A DNA stretch of 32,000 nucleotides from Sphingobium bisphenolivorans (GCF_000412635.1 NZ_ASTG01000006.1:3254-35253); one strand, 5' to 3'; counted from the stretch's first letter, positions 1-8,446 are shown. Notes: generated from the sequence alone by a model not told the origin. Numbers and translations: made by a program.

Positions 1-333
1 CGCCCTTGCCGATAGAGCCACCGCGAAACTCGCCGAATAGCTGTAGGTGGTGACGCTCGGCCGACCCTTGCCGCCCCCGCTCTTGCTCTTCGTCTCCTTG
101 AGGTCGGTCGCCCAGATCACCGATCCCGCGACCCGCATCGTTCCGAACAGCTTGGGCAACTGCGCGCCGTAGGTCGACGTCTGCACCTGAACGTCGGCCA
201 GCCGCCGGCCCTGCACTCCCTTGGGCTTGAACAGCACCGCATGGTCGAAGGCGTTGCCGATCAGCCCGCCAATCGCCGCGCCGAGCGGCCCGCCGACGGC
301 AGTCCCCAGCGCGGTCAAAACGATCGTAGCCAT
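1..333 (-). CDS. GTA host-specificity / tail tip protein gp15 homolog, N-terminal part only (continues beyond window start)
   Basis: Reverse frame from ATG at 333 reads MATIVLTALGTAVGGPLGAAIGGLIGNAFD...LPKLFGTMRVAGSVIWATDLKE...YSYSASFAVALSARA, open to position 1; typical N-terminus of GTA gp15-like proteins and located directly after g14. Confidence 0.85.
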   Translation of the reverse strand, partial: MATIVLTALGTAVGGPLGAAIGGLIGNAFDHAVLFKPKGVQGRRLADVQVQTSTYGAQLPKLFGTMRVAGSVIWATDLKETKSKSGGGKGRPSVTTYSYSASFAVALSARA

Positions 334-346
334 GTTCCCCCTTTCG

Positions 347-745
347 TTACGCTCGCCAGTGGCCAATCACCGGCCAGGGCGACTGGCCGGGCATCTCCAC
401 CACGCGCCTCAGTCCCGCATGAGCATGGACGTGACCGCCCGGCACCTTGATCATCAGGTGCAGTTGCAGCGGACCTGCGCGAACCAGGGCCACGTCGCCG
501 GCCATGGCCCTCGACACCTCCTTCAGACCGGCGGCGTTCAGCCAGTCCCGCGCGCGCGCTTCATTCCCCGAACGCAGGCCATATTCGTCAGGCACCACGC
601 CTCGATGTCCCGCCCCTGCATAGGCCAGCGTCGTCAAGCCGACGCAATCCAGACCTCGCGCGTCGCGCCCATGCAGGCGAAAGGGCACGCCGACCAGTGC
701 CCGCGCCGCTGCGACGATCCTCGCCGCCCGATCCGGATCGCTCAC
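347..745 (-). CDS. GTA NlpC/P60-family cell wall peptidase (g14-like)
   Basis: GTG start at 745 overlaps the g13 stop (742); VSDPDRAARIVAAARALVGVPFRLHGRDARGLDCVGLTTLAYAGAG... with Cys motif and C-terminal His region. Confidence 0.85.
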   Translation of the reverse strand: MSDPDRAARIVAAARALVGVPFRLHGRDARGLDCVGLTTLAYAGAGHRGVVPDEYGLRSGNEARARDWLNAAGLKEVSRAMAGDVALVRAGPLQLHLMIKVPGGHVHAHAGLRRVVEMPGQSPWPVIGHWRA

Positions 746-1557
746 GCGCCGGGATAGCGGGTCAGCAGGTCGGTGCCCGGCAGGTAGGGCTCCCCCCGGA
801 AGTTCACCGCATTGCCGAAGCGCGCGACGCAACTGTCCAGCCGCCGGTCGCATCCTTCGGTCAGCAGCGCCAGCGCCTCCGCCTCGACCGGGGAGGGCGG
901 CGGGTCCGCCAGCATCACCGCGCTGGCATCATTGTCGATCACACCCTGAACGATGCCGCAGTTGCGCCCGTTCAGCCAGCGCAGCGAGCCAAAGGCATAA
1001 TGCCCCACCTCCAACTCGCCCACATGCGCCACGGTGCCGGCAACCTCGCTCACCCGCACCAGCCGCCGCCGTCCCGCCATATCGACGCGGCACTCCCGAT
1101 CGCCCAGCGCCGCGCGGCAGTCCGGCGAGGTCGAGGGCGCAACCGGACCCTTGAGCGCCGCCATCGCGCCCACCAACTCAGCCGTGAACGCGCCGCCCTT
1201 GCGCGCCACCGCGCCGATCTCTCCCCTCGCCAGCAGCAGCCACATCGCGCCCGGCTCCTCCCATTCGGTGAGGCGCAACTCCAGCGCAGCGCCATCCCAT
1301 CGGCCCGCCATCAGGTCCGCCTCGCTGATCGCATCGGCGACCAAAGCGCCCACGATATCGGCGTCACCCCCTTCCACACCGATCCCGCTGCGCACGGCGG
1401 ACGGCGTCATCCCCGGCGCCGCGCGGTAGCGGACATACCCCACCAGCAGATCCCGGTCATGGCTCGTCAGGCCGATCGCCACACCGTCGCGCCGCTCCAG
1501 CCGCCAGCAGAAGGCCAGCGTCGCAAGCGGCTTGTCCAAAGCCTCCAGCCCGATCAT
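742..1557 (-). CDS. GTA DUF2163 family protein (g13-like, tail hub)
   Basis: ATGA overlap with upstream g12 (1554-1557); MIGLEALDKPLATLAFCWRLERRDGVAIGLTSHDRDL..., Cys-containing CRAALGDRECRV and NGRNCG segments typical of DUF2163. Confidence 0.85.
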   Translation of the reverse strand: MIGLEALDKPLATLAFCWRLERRDGVAIGLTSHDRDLLVGYVRYRAAPGMTPSAVRSGIGVEGGDADIVGALVADAISEADLMAGRWDGAALELRLTEWEEPGAMWLLLARGEIGAVARKGGAFTAELVGAMAALKGPVAPSTSPDCRAALGDRECRVDMAGRRRLVRVSEVAGTVAHVGELEVGHYAFGSLRWLNGRNCGIVQGVIDNDASAVMLADPPPSPVEAEALALLTEGCDRRLDSCVARFGNAVNFRGEPYLPGTDLLTRYPGA

Positions 1558-3884
1558 TCGCGTATCTCCACCAGCGGTACGGAGGGCGCCTCGCCCGCCG
1601 CGAAGGTCGCCCTGTTGATGTCCAGCCGATCCTCGGCAAAGCGCACCGGTACGTCGAAGCGGAAGCCGGCCGTCAGCACCGCGCCCTCCGCCGGCGCCGT
1701 ATCGAAGGCGATCACGCCCAACCCCACATGGCTCCACCCGCTGGTCAGCTCGACGCCGTCGGCCGCGACCCTGATCGTGCCAGCCACAGGCCGCGTCACC
1801 CGCCGCACCTGGGCGTCCTCGCCAGCCCCGTAGAAGCGCTGCAACCGAAACTCCGCCCGCACCCCGTCACCCACGCCCAGCCGCTGGTCGAGCGCGCCCG
1901 GCGCCTCGCCCACGGCGCAGCTGCGATCATCATAGGGGTCGGTGAAGCGGAAGCCGCGCGCAGCCCCGCGCCGCGCCCGGAAGAAAGCAATCAGCGCCGC
2001 GATGTCTGCTTCCGACCGCACCCCCGGCCCTGCATCGAAGGACAGGCGCGCATCCGCCCAGTCGCTGCTCCTGCGCTCATGGCCGGAGGGGCTCTCCACC
2101 ACCTGCGTTGAAAAGCTCGGGGCCACGCTCGCCTCCCGCCCGATAGGCAGAGGAAAACTCACATCGTCAAAGGCTTGCACATCATTCTCCCCATCCAGCC
2201 TGAAGCAGGTGAAGCCATCGCGCGCCACCTGCGGCAGCGCCCATATAAATGTCGCCGCCGTGCCCCGCTTGACCGCCGCCTCCGCCGCCGCGGCGATCTC
2301 GCGCCACTGCCCTGCCTCCTCCGGACGCAGGACGAACCCCGAAAAATAATGCTGCTCCTCGACCGGGTAGCCGAGCCGTTCGGTCGCCACCTCGACGCCG
2401 CGCGCCGTCAGCCGCTCGCGCCCCTGCGTCACCCAGTCATAATCCTCCAGCTGGAGCACATCGAAGGCCGGGGACGCCCACCCGACCGGCATGTTCGCCC
2501 GCTTCGCCTCGGGCGCGAGCGGATCGAGCACCGTCGGCAGATAGGCGAGCAGATGCGTCACGGCGCCCGGCGCCAGCCCCTTCACCCAACTGCAAAGCGC
2601 CGCCGTCGAAGCGGCCAACACCGCCCCCGCCTGATCCAGCAGCGCCTTCTGCGCCGCGCTCAAAGCACTCCGCACATCGGGAATGGAAACCGGCGCTCCG
2701 CCAAAGGCCGCTCGCGCCGCATCGTCATACAGGCAGATGCGCCCATCGGCGGGCATGACCCACCACCAGGGTTCACCAACCTGGAACCGTATCGGAATTT
2801 CGGCTGCCAACCCTATGTAAACAAAGGCGCCCGCAACCAGCCGCAAATAGCTCATGGCGCCCTCATGGGCAGGCGACAGCAAAGTCGATGGCGGTGTCCA
2901 CCCGGTCAGTGCCGGCTCGCCATTCTCCGCTCTTTGCTTCCAGTCGTTCCAGCAATGCGCGTCGAACAGTTCGTAGGACAGCGACCAAATGATCCCCAGC
3001 CCCAGCGCCTTCGCGCGTCGTGCGAAGTCCGCGTGCCAGGCGGCGCAGGGCGCATTCAGAACGCCGCCCGCCAGGCTGACATAGTGGCCGCCGCCCAGCG
3101 GTTCGAGCCGGAAATAATGGCTCATCCCGACATAATGGTTGATGTCGCCGCGATAGCCGAGCGCATGGATCATCGCCACGATCCGCTCCGGCGTCTGGTT
3201 GAAACAGTCGTCATAGCCCGTCGCCATTGACAGGCCATGTTCGGGCAGCACGACATCGCCGATGTGCAGCACCGATCCGGCACCATCGCACTGGATATCA
3301 GTCAGTTCTGCCCAACCTTCGACACCCGCTGGGAACGGCGTGCTTCCCGCATCATATCCAGGGGGCGCGAGCGAGATGAACATCCGATCGACATCGCCTG
3401 CCCAAACCGGGTCAGCTTCGCCCGGCAACAAAAATCCGCCTGCAAGATCAGAGAAGTTCAACTCGATTTCAGCATCTTCCGCGGTACCGCTCGCATAGTT
3501 CCACAGCCGCACATACCAGCTTCGCGGCTCGCCCGCCGCATCGCGCCCCTCGATCGCCAACGTCGGGCCATGCGTTTCATCCAGCCGCCGCAACCCGTCG
3601 CTCCGCCAGCGAAAGCGCAGCACGCACTGGCGAAAATCCCGCGCCGTCTCATAGGCCAGCAGCGGATGACTCCATCTGTCCTCCGCTTCCCAGATCAGCC
3701 CCGCCAGATCGCCCGATCCGTAAAAGACCGCATCCACGCGCAGCGCATCAGGCGCCGTGGTCACGACCGCCGCCATCATCGGGCGCGGGAAATTGACCGT
3801 CCAATGCGTCGGCGCAAACCGCTTGATGAAGCGGCTGTCCTGCCCCCGCCTCCGGTCGGCGAGCCAATAGTCCAGGCCACTCAT
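1554..3884 (-). CDS. Fused GTA tail protein: about 576-aa N-terminal TIM-barrel/glycosidase-like region plus C-terminal about 200-aa DUF2460 (g12-like, distal tail)
   Basis: Single 776-aa ORF; C-terminus FPLPIGREASVAPSFSTQVVESPSGHERRSSDWADARLSFDAGPGVRSEADIAALIAFFRARRGAARGFRFTDPYDDRS matches DUF2460 style; position between g11 and g13. Confidence 0.85.
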   Translation of the reverse strand: MSGLDYWLADRRRGQDSRFIKRFAPTHWTVNFPRPMMAAVVTTAPDALRVDAVFYGSGDLAGLIWEAEDRWSHPLLAYETARDFRQCVLRFRWRSDGLRRLDETHGPTLAIEGRDAAGEPRSWYVRLWNYASGTAEDAEIELNFSDLAGGFLLPGEADPVWAGDVDRMFISLAPPGYDAGSTPFPAGVEGWAELTDIQCDGAGSVLHIGDVVLPEHGLSMATGYDDCFNQTPERIVAMIHALGYRGDINHYVGMSHYFRLEPLGGGHYVSLAGGVLNAPCAAWHADFARRAKALGLGIIWSLSYELFDAHCWNDWKQRAENGEPALTGWTPPSTLLSPAHEGAMSYLRLVAGAFVYIGLAAEIPIRFQVGEPWWWVMPADGRICLYDDAARAAFGGAPVSIPDVRSALSAAQKALLDQAGAVLAASTAALCSWVKGLAPGAVTHLLAYLPTVLDPLAPEAKRANMPVGWASPAFDVLQLEDYDWVTQGRERLTARGVEVATERLGYPVEEQHYFSGFVLRPEEAGQWREIAAAAEAAVKRGTAATFIWALPQVARDGFTCFRLDGENDVQAFDDVSFPLPIGREASVAPSFSTQVVESPSGHERRSSDWADARLSFDAGPGVRSEADIAALIAFFRARRGAARGFRFTDPYDDRSCAVGEAPGALDQRLGVGDGVRAEFRLQRFYGAGEDAQVRRVTRPVAGTIRVAADGVELTSGWSHVGLGVIAFDTAPAEGAVLTAGFRFDVPVRFAEDRLDINRATFAAGEAPSVPLVEIRE

Positions 3885-4480
3885 CCGTTCAGCGCTCCCC
3901 TCACCGCCCGCGCCACCTGCCGCGCACTGCGCGCCAGCAGCCGTGCACCGTCCTGCCCTTCGCCGCGGCCTTGCACCGCGATGCTCACCCGCACGTCGCG
4001 CGCGCCCGGCGGGCCGTGCGCGACCACCTGCCCGCTTGCCGTCGGCACGAACAGTTCGGGACCCCGCTCCCCCACCATATAGGCGCGCCCCGGCGATACC
4101 GGCCCGCCGGTCGCCCGCCCCGGAGCGCCCAGCGCCACCGCAGCAAGCTTCAGCAACCCGCCGCCGTCGCTCACACTCGCCACGCCGGACCGCAACGCAT
4201 TGGCGGCGATGTCGTCGAGCGTGCGCAGGGCGATCCGCTTCAGATCCTCAAAGCCGAACTGCCCCGTCCGCACCGCGCGCAGCAGCCCCTGTTCGATGCG
4301 CCGGCCCGCCCGCTCCGCACCCGACGCCAATGGTCCCTCCAGCTCCCCGCGCATCGCCTCGACGTCACGTCCAAAAGCCTGCCTATCCGCCCGCACCCGC
4401 ACGACCAGATCATCGATGTCCTCGTCCAAGCCCCACCTCCCAAATGCAAGAAGCCCTCCCTTCAGGTTCAGCAGGGCCAC
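3881..4480 (-). CDS. GTA short tape-measure-like protein (g11-like)
   Basis: 199-aa ORF (GTG at 4480; a TTG at 4429 giving (M)DEDIDDLVVRVRADRQ is an alternative start); ATGGPVSPGRAYMVGERGPELFVP is a tape-measure C-terminal motif; overlaps g12 start. Confidence 0.8.
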   Translation of the reverse strand: MALLNLKGGLLAFGRWGLDEDIDDLVVRVRADRQAFGRDVEAMRGELEGPLASGAERAGRRIEQGLLRAVRTGQFGFEDLKRIALRTLDDIAANALRSGVASVSDGGGLLKLAAVALGAPGRATGGPVSPGRAYMVGERGPELFVPTASGQVVAHGPPGARDVRVSIAVQGRGEGQDGARLLARSARQVARAVRGALNG

Positions 4481-4551
4481 ATGACTCTGCTGAAGGCTGG
4501 GGAAGGACCTTTCGCGCTCACCTCCCGGCGCCCCGCTTCCTCAACTCCGCC

Positions 4552-4573
4552 GTTTCGAGCGAAGTCGAGAAAC
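4552..4573. repeat. REP-like short palindromic element
   Basis: GTTTCGAGCGAAGTCGAGAAAC, imperfect inverted repeat in the g10.1/g11 junction. Confidence 0.5.
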
Positions 4574-4581
4574 AGCCCGCC

Positions 4582-4776
4582 TCAATCCGGCATCATTCGC
4601 CGCAAACGCTCCAGTTCGCCCGCATCGACGCCAAGTCCCGTCTCCTCCTCTCCCCGCGCCGCGCGCAGCACCGCCTCCAGCTCGTCCGGCGTCGATCGCC
4701 AGAACTCGTCCGGCCGCCACCCCAGCAGCCATCCCGCGACCCCGGCCAACCGGGCCGCCGCCTTGAAGAAGCTCAT
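4582..4776 (-). CDS. GTA tail assembly chaperone-like protein (g10.1-like)
   Basis: MSFFKAAARLAGVAGWLLGWRPDEFWRSTPDELEAVLRAARG..., overlaps g10 stop (4773); size and WRPDEFW motif typical. Confidence 0.8.
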   Translation of the reverse strand: MSFFKAAARLAGVAGWLLGWRPDEFWRSTPDELEAVLRAARGEEETGLGVDAGELERLRRMMPD

Positions 4777-5084
4777 CGTCCCGCCAGTATCTGCTTCAGG
4801 ATGATCCGCAGCACCGGCGACAGCCTCGCCAGTCCGGCGCCGACGATCGCCTCGCCCAACGCTTCGCGCGTCAGGCCGCTCGGCGGATCAACCAGACAGT
4901 GCCAGAACAGCGCCGCCATATCGGCCAGTGACAGCTTTCCGTCCGCCGCGCGCTCCACCAGGTCGAACAGCGGCCCCAATTCCTCCTCCGCCGCCACCAG
5001 CGCCGCGAAGCTCGGCCGCAGCGTCAGCGTCTCGCCGCCAAGGTCCAGCGCGGCCTCGCCCCGCGCCCCATTCGCCCCGCTCAC
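4773..5084 (-). CDS. GTA gp10-like protein (gene transfer agent family)
   Basis: 103 aa, MSGANGARGEAALDLGGETLTLRPSFAALVAAEEELGPLFDLVERAADGKLSLADMAALFWHCL...; overlaps g9 and g10.1. Confidence 0.85.
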   Translation of the reverse strand: MSGANGARGEAALDLGGETLTLRPSFAALVAAEEELGPLFDLVERAADGKLSLADMAALFWHCLVDPPSGLTREALGEAIVGAGLARLSPVLRIILKQILAGR

Positions 5085-5488
5085 AGCGACACCACTGCGC
5101 CAGAGCTTTCCAGGCTCAGCGCATAATTGCGCTCGCCATTATAATCGCCCGCATAGTCAAGCCGGGTGACCAGGAAGCGGCCGCGCATCCGCTCGCCGCT
5201 TTCGAAGCTCAGCTCGTAATCCTCGATCGTCCCGGCCAGCGCATGGTTGCGCAGCCGCACTTCCGCCGCCGATCCGGTGAAAATCCCGGCCGCCGACACG
5301 CTGACCGATCGCACGCCGGCGCCCGAAAGCAACTCGCGCCAGCCGCCGCTGTCCTTGGTCGTGACGTTGACTGCCTCGCCATTCACCGACAGCTGCGTCG
5401 TCCGCATGCCGGCGACGGTCGCATAGGCTGCGGGGCTACCGCCATCGCCTATTCTCAACAGAAACGCGCTTCCTTTTTCCACAGCCAT
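5081..5488 (-). CDS. GTA major tail (tube) protein (g9-like)
   Basis: 135 aa, MAVEKGSAFLLRIGDGGSPAAYATVAGMRTTQLSVNGEAVNVTTKDSGGWRELLSGAGVRSVSVSAAGIF; AGGAGAA Shine-Dalgarno upstream. Confidence 0.9.
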   Translation of the reverse strand: MAVEKGSAFLLRIGDGGSPAAYATVAGMRTTQLSVNGEAVNVTTKDSGGWRELLSGAGVRSVSVSAAGIFTGSAAEVRLRNHALAGTIEDYELSFESGERMRGRFLVTRLDYAGDYNGERNYALSLESSGAVVSL

Positions 5489-5543
5489 GGAGCATTCTCC
5501 TTTAAGACAAGTCGTGCATGAATCGGGATTTGGAGAGGTTTAG

Positions 5544-5873
5544 ATGCTCGTTGCCGCACCCCTCATTTTGATGCTGGCCGCTGCTCCGCAGGGTGCCGAC
5601 GCGGTCGGCGCGGGCCGCAAGGCCTATTCGGAATGCTTGTCGAAGCAGATTCAGCCTGCGCTCGACAAGAAGCTGACGCTCGCCGACTTCCAGTCCGCAC
5701 TGAAGGAAAAGTGCGGCGCGCAGGAAACAGCCTTCCGCACCGCCATCGTCAACGACGACAAGTCCAGCAAGATGTCCGATGCGGACGCACAATCGGACGC
5801 GGACGAACAGGTTTCGGAATATAAGGACAAGATCGTCGGCGAGTTCGAGGATTATTCCAAGCCCGGCGGCTGA
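5544..5873 (+). CDS. Small exported protein of unknown function, inserted antiparallel in the GTA cluster
   Basis: 109-aa ORF with signal-peptide-like N-terminus MLVAAPLILMLAAAPQGADA, two Cys, acidic/charged remainder; GGAGAGG upstream of the start. Confidence 0.7.
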   Translation: MLVAAPLILMLAAAPQGADAVGAGRKAYSECLSKQIQPALDKKLTLADFQSALKEKCGAQETAFRTAIVNDDKSSKMSDADAQSDADEQVSEYKDKIVGEFEDYSKPGG

Positions 5874-5895
5874 CCGCGCGCTCCGCATCCCCACT

Positions 5896-5975
5896 CAGCG
5901 TCATGCTGAACTTGTTTCACCATCCATCCATCGCCCCGAGCGATAGCCTGTGGAGGCGCGGTGGATGCTGAAGCG
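5896..5975. repeat. REP/BIME-like palindromic intergenic element
   Basis: CAGCGTCATGCTGAACTTGTTTCACCATCCATC...GGTGGATGCTGAAGC: inverted TTCA(C)CATCCA / TGGATG(C)TGAA arms. Confidence 0.5.
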
Positions 5976-6063
5976 AATTCCTCGCAACATTATGCGTCGT
6001 GCCTCAGTCTGAACTGACCTGCAGCGTGCAGAAAAGGTTCGGCCGCGGTTGAGACAGATCGCG

Positions 6064-6459
6064 TCAGCCCCGCACCACCCGCAGCCGATAATCCGCCACG
6101 CCCTGCCAGCCATCCCGCGTTCCGGTCCGCGCCACACGCGAGCGCACCAGCCGCGCGCTGATGACCCGCCACTCGGCCCCCGCGCCGACATCGCGAACCA
6201 CCAGATCGATCAGCGCCAGCAGCGCTCCCAGCCGCTCCGGCCGCTCCCCGACATCGTACAGCTGGATCGCCAGCGTCAGTTCGCGCCCATCAACATCCTT
6301 CGCACCCCAGTCGTTGCCCAGGCAGTCGCCCACCACCGCATAGGGCTCGCTCGCCCGCCCCGGCCTGCCATCGAACAGGCCATTGAGGCCGCTCATCAGC
6401 GCGCTGTCCGCCCGCAAAGCCTCGATCAGGGCCGCTCGCACCGCCACCTCAGCGCTCAT
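6064..6459 (-). CDS. GTA tail terminator-like DUF3168 protein (g8-like)
   Basis: 131 aa, MSAEVAVRAALIEALRADSALMSGLNGLFDGRPGRASEPYAVVGDCLGNDWGAKDVDGRELTLAIQLYD... Confidence 0.85.
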   Translation of the reverse strand: MSAEVAVRAALIEALRADSALMSGLNGLFDGRPGRASEPYAVVGDCLGNDWGAKDVDGRELTLAIQLYDVGERPERLGALLALIDLVVRDVGAGAEWRVISARLVRSRVARTGTRDGWQGVADYRLRVVRG

Positions 6460-6662
6460 CCCCGTCCCCTTCCCGCCTCACGCAGCGCCAAATCGCTGAG
6501 CCACCGCCGCCTCAGCCCCGGCCCGCGCAGCCGCACCAGTTCACCTTCGATGCCGACATCCTCGACGCCGGCCGCGCGCACCGCCGCCGCGATTTCACGG
6601 CGCCGCTTCTCCGCCCCGGATTCCATCAGCGCCTCCACCAGCGCCTGCAGCCGCGCCCTCAT
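6456..6662 (-). CDS. Short (68-aa) protein occupying the g7 (head-closure/stopper) slot
   Basis: ATGA overlaps on both sides (start 6662 overlapping g6 stop 6659; stop 6456 overlapping g8 start 6459); MRARLQALVEALMESGAEKRRREIAAAVRAAGVEDVGIEGELVRLRGPGLRRRWLSDLALREAGRGRG. Confidence 0.7.
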   Translation of the reverse strand: MRARLQALVEALMESGAEKRRREIAAAVRAAGVEDVGIEGELVRLRGPGLRRRWLSDLALREAGRGRG

Positions 6663-7138
6663 GTCAGCCGCATCCGCCGCCAGGGCCGCCACAGCGCGCT
6701 CACGACAGCAGGCGGCGTCGCCACCTGCCCGTCCCGTGCTCCGAAATGCTCCGCCGCCAGCCGCACTATGCCCTGCCGGATGGCATCGGGCAGCCCTTCG
6801 GCATCCTGCGCCATGCCTGCATGATAGCGCACGGTGGCCATGCCCACATCTGGACGTACCCGTACCCAGCCGTCCCCCGCCGCATCGATGTCGATCGCAT
6901 AGGCATCCGCCGCCAGCGCGCTCCCCTGCGCCTCCACGCCCAGGATAGCCACGACGGGCCGCCCCGACAGCCTCTGCCATGTTCCGTCCGCACCCGCCGT
7001 CTCGCTGGCCTCGCGCACGATCAGCCATTGTCCGATGAACTGTTCGCAAAGCCCCGTGGCGCTCGCCAGCAGCCGCTCCAGCACGCCATCCTCATCATCC
7101 GACCCGATCCGCAACCAGGCCTTAAGCTCCACCAGCAC
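6659..7138 (-). CDS. GTA head-tail connector/adaptor protein (g6-like)
   Basis: 159 aa, MLVELKAWLRIGSDDEDGVLERLLASATGLCEQFIGQWL..., phage gp6-like adaptor signature. Confidence 0.85.
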   Translation of the reverse strand: MLVELKAWLRIGSDDEDGVLERLLASATGLCEQFIGQWLIVREASETAGADGTWQRLSGRPVVAILGVEAQGSALAADAYAIDIDAAGDGWVRVRPDVGMATVRYHAGMAQDAEGLPDAIRQGIVRLAAEHFGARDGQVATPPAVVSALWRPWRRMRLT

Positions 7139-7148
7139 GCGCCGCCCT

Positions 7149-7256
7149 CCCCTTGAAAAAGGGGGACGCCCTACGGACGCCCCCAGCTTCCTTCTCCCTC
7201 CCGGAGAAGGATACGCAGCCTTGCCAGCTCTGCTGGCTAGGCGAAGTTGGATGAGG
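7149..7256. repeat. Composite palindromic intergenic repeat between g5 and g6
   Basis: CCCCTTGAAAAAGGGG (7149-7164), CCTTCTCC-CTCCC-GGAGAAGG (7190-7210) and GCCTTGCCAGC-TCT-GCTGGCTAGGC (7218-7242, one mismatch). Confidence 0.55.
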
Positions 7257-7262
7257 CCGACG

Positions 7263-8375
7263 TCAGGACGCTGCGAACTTCATCAGCTTGATCGCCTCCG
7301 AATTGGCGACCGCGCCGCCGATCCGCTTGACCGCATAGAAATGCACGAACGGCTTGTTGCTGAACGGATCGCGGAGGATGCTCGTCTCGCTGCGCTCTGA
7401 GACGACATAGCCCGCCTTGAAGTTACCAAAGGCGATCGAGAGCGACCCCGCCGCCAGATCGGGCATGTCCTCGGCCTCGATCACCGGATAGCCGAGCAGC
7501 GTCGCCGGCTGCTCTGCGGCCAGCGAAGGCTGCCAGATGAATGCGCCGTCGGTCGTCTTCATCTTGCGGATGACCGCCAGCGTCGCCGAATTCATCACGA
7601 AGCACGCCCCCTGCCGGTAGGGGGCCCGCAGGCTCTGCACCAGGTCGATCAGCTTGTCCGGACCCGCCGCCGTGAACGCACCCGAAGCCCCCGACGCCAC
7701 ATATTGCAGCGACCCGAATGCGCGCACGCTGTCCGCCTCGTTGGTCGTCGTATAGGTCAGGAAGCCCTTGGGCTTGTTCGTTCCATTGCCGTTCACGAAC
7801 GCCGCACCCTCTGCCGCCGCGAACTCGCGCGCAATCTCGCCCGCCAGCCAGCTCTCGACATCGAACTCAGCGTCGTCCAGCATCGCCTGGCTCGCCGCCG
7901 GATTGGCGTAGAGCTCGCCATAGGGCGGCACGATCTCGTTGAAGCTCGGCGTCGCCGTCTCCGTCCGTGCACCCGTCTCGCTCGCCCAGCCCGACACGAT
8001 GCCGCCCGACGTCACCAGCTTGCGATAGCCCGCCGATCCCGTGCGCACCACATTGGCGATGCTCCTGATCGGCGAGATGCTTTTCAGCGTCGCGTCGATG
8101 ATCTGGTCGATCTCGCGGGGCACCGCATAGCCGCCTGCCGTGCCGGACGCCCCCGAAAAGCTCTTCAGCTCCACCCCCGCCTCAAGCCCCTGCCGCAGAT
8201 AGCGTTCGACAAAGGCAGCGTGCCGCGGATCGGCGGCCCCGCCCTTCACCCCGTCCAGCGCCGGCCGCTGCTGCGCCAGCAGGCTCCCCTTCAGCGCGGC
8301 GACCTCACCCTCCAGCTCCGCGATGCGCTCACCCCGCACCACCGCGTCAAAGCTTGCTTCCAACTGGTCCGTCAT
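7263..8375 (-). CDS. GTA major capsid protein (g5-like, HK97 fold)
   Basis: 370 aa, N-terminal coiled coil then GTAGGYAVPREIDQIIDATLKSISPIRSIANVVRTGSAGYRKLVTSGG...; typical phage major capsid family. Confidence 0.95.
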   Translation of the reverse strand: MTDQLEASFDAVVRGERIAELEGEVAALKGSLLAQQRPALDGVKGGAADPRHAAFVERYLRQGLEAGVELKSFSGASGTAGGYAVPREIDQIIDATLKSISPIRSIANVVRTGSAGYRKLVTSGGIVSGWASETGARTETATPSFNEIVPPYGELYANPAASQAMLDDAEFDVESWLAGEIAREFAAAEGAAFVNGNGTNKPKGFLTYTTTNEADSVRAFGSLQYVASGASGAFTAAGPDKLIDLVQSLRAPYRQGACFVMNSATLAVIRKMKTTDGAFIWQPSLAAEQPATLLGYPVIEAEDMPDLAAGSLSIAFGNFKAGYVVSERSETSILRDPFSNKPFVHFYAVKRIGGAVANSEAIKLMKFAAS

Positions 8376-8446
8376 CCACTACTCCCACGAAAAAGGGCGG
8401 CCCGAACCGGACCGCCCGCACAGAAACCTCTTGAGCGCCCAAGCGC

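Noticed and set aside
697-3230. Long plus-strand ORFs 697-1833 and 2175-3230
   Set aside because: Antisense to confidently assigned g13 and g12; composition (RRP, HRR, QRR runs) is that of shadow ORFs
3237-5521. Plus-strand ORFs 3237-4082, 3943-5169, 3971-4804 and 4928-5521
   Set aside because: All antisense to GTA g9-g12; no recognisable domains and mutually overlapping
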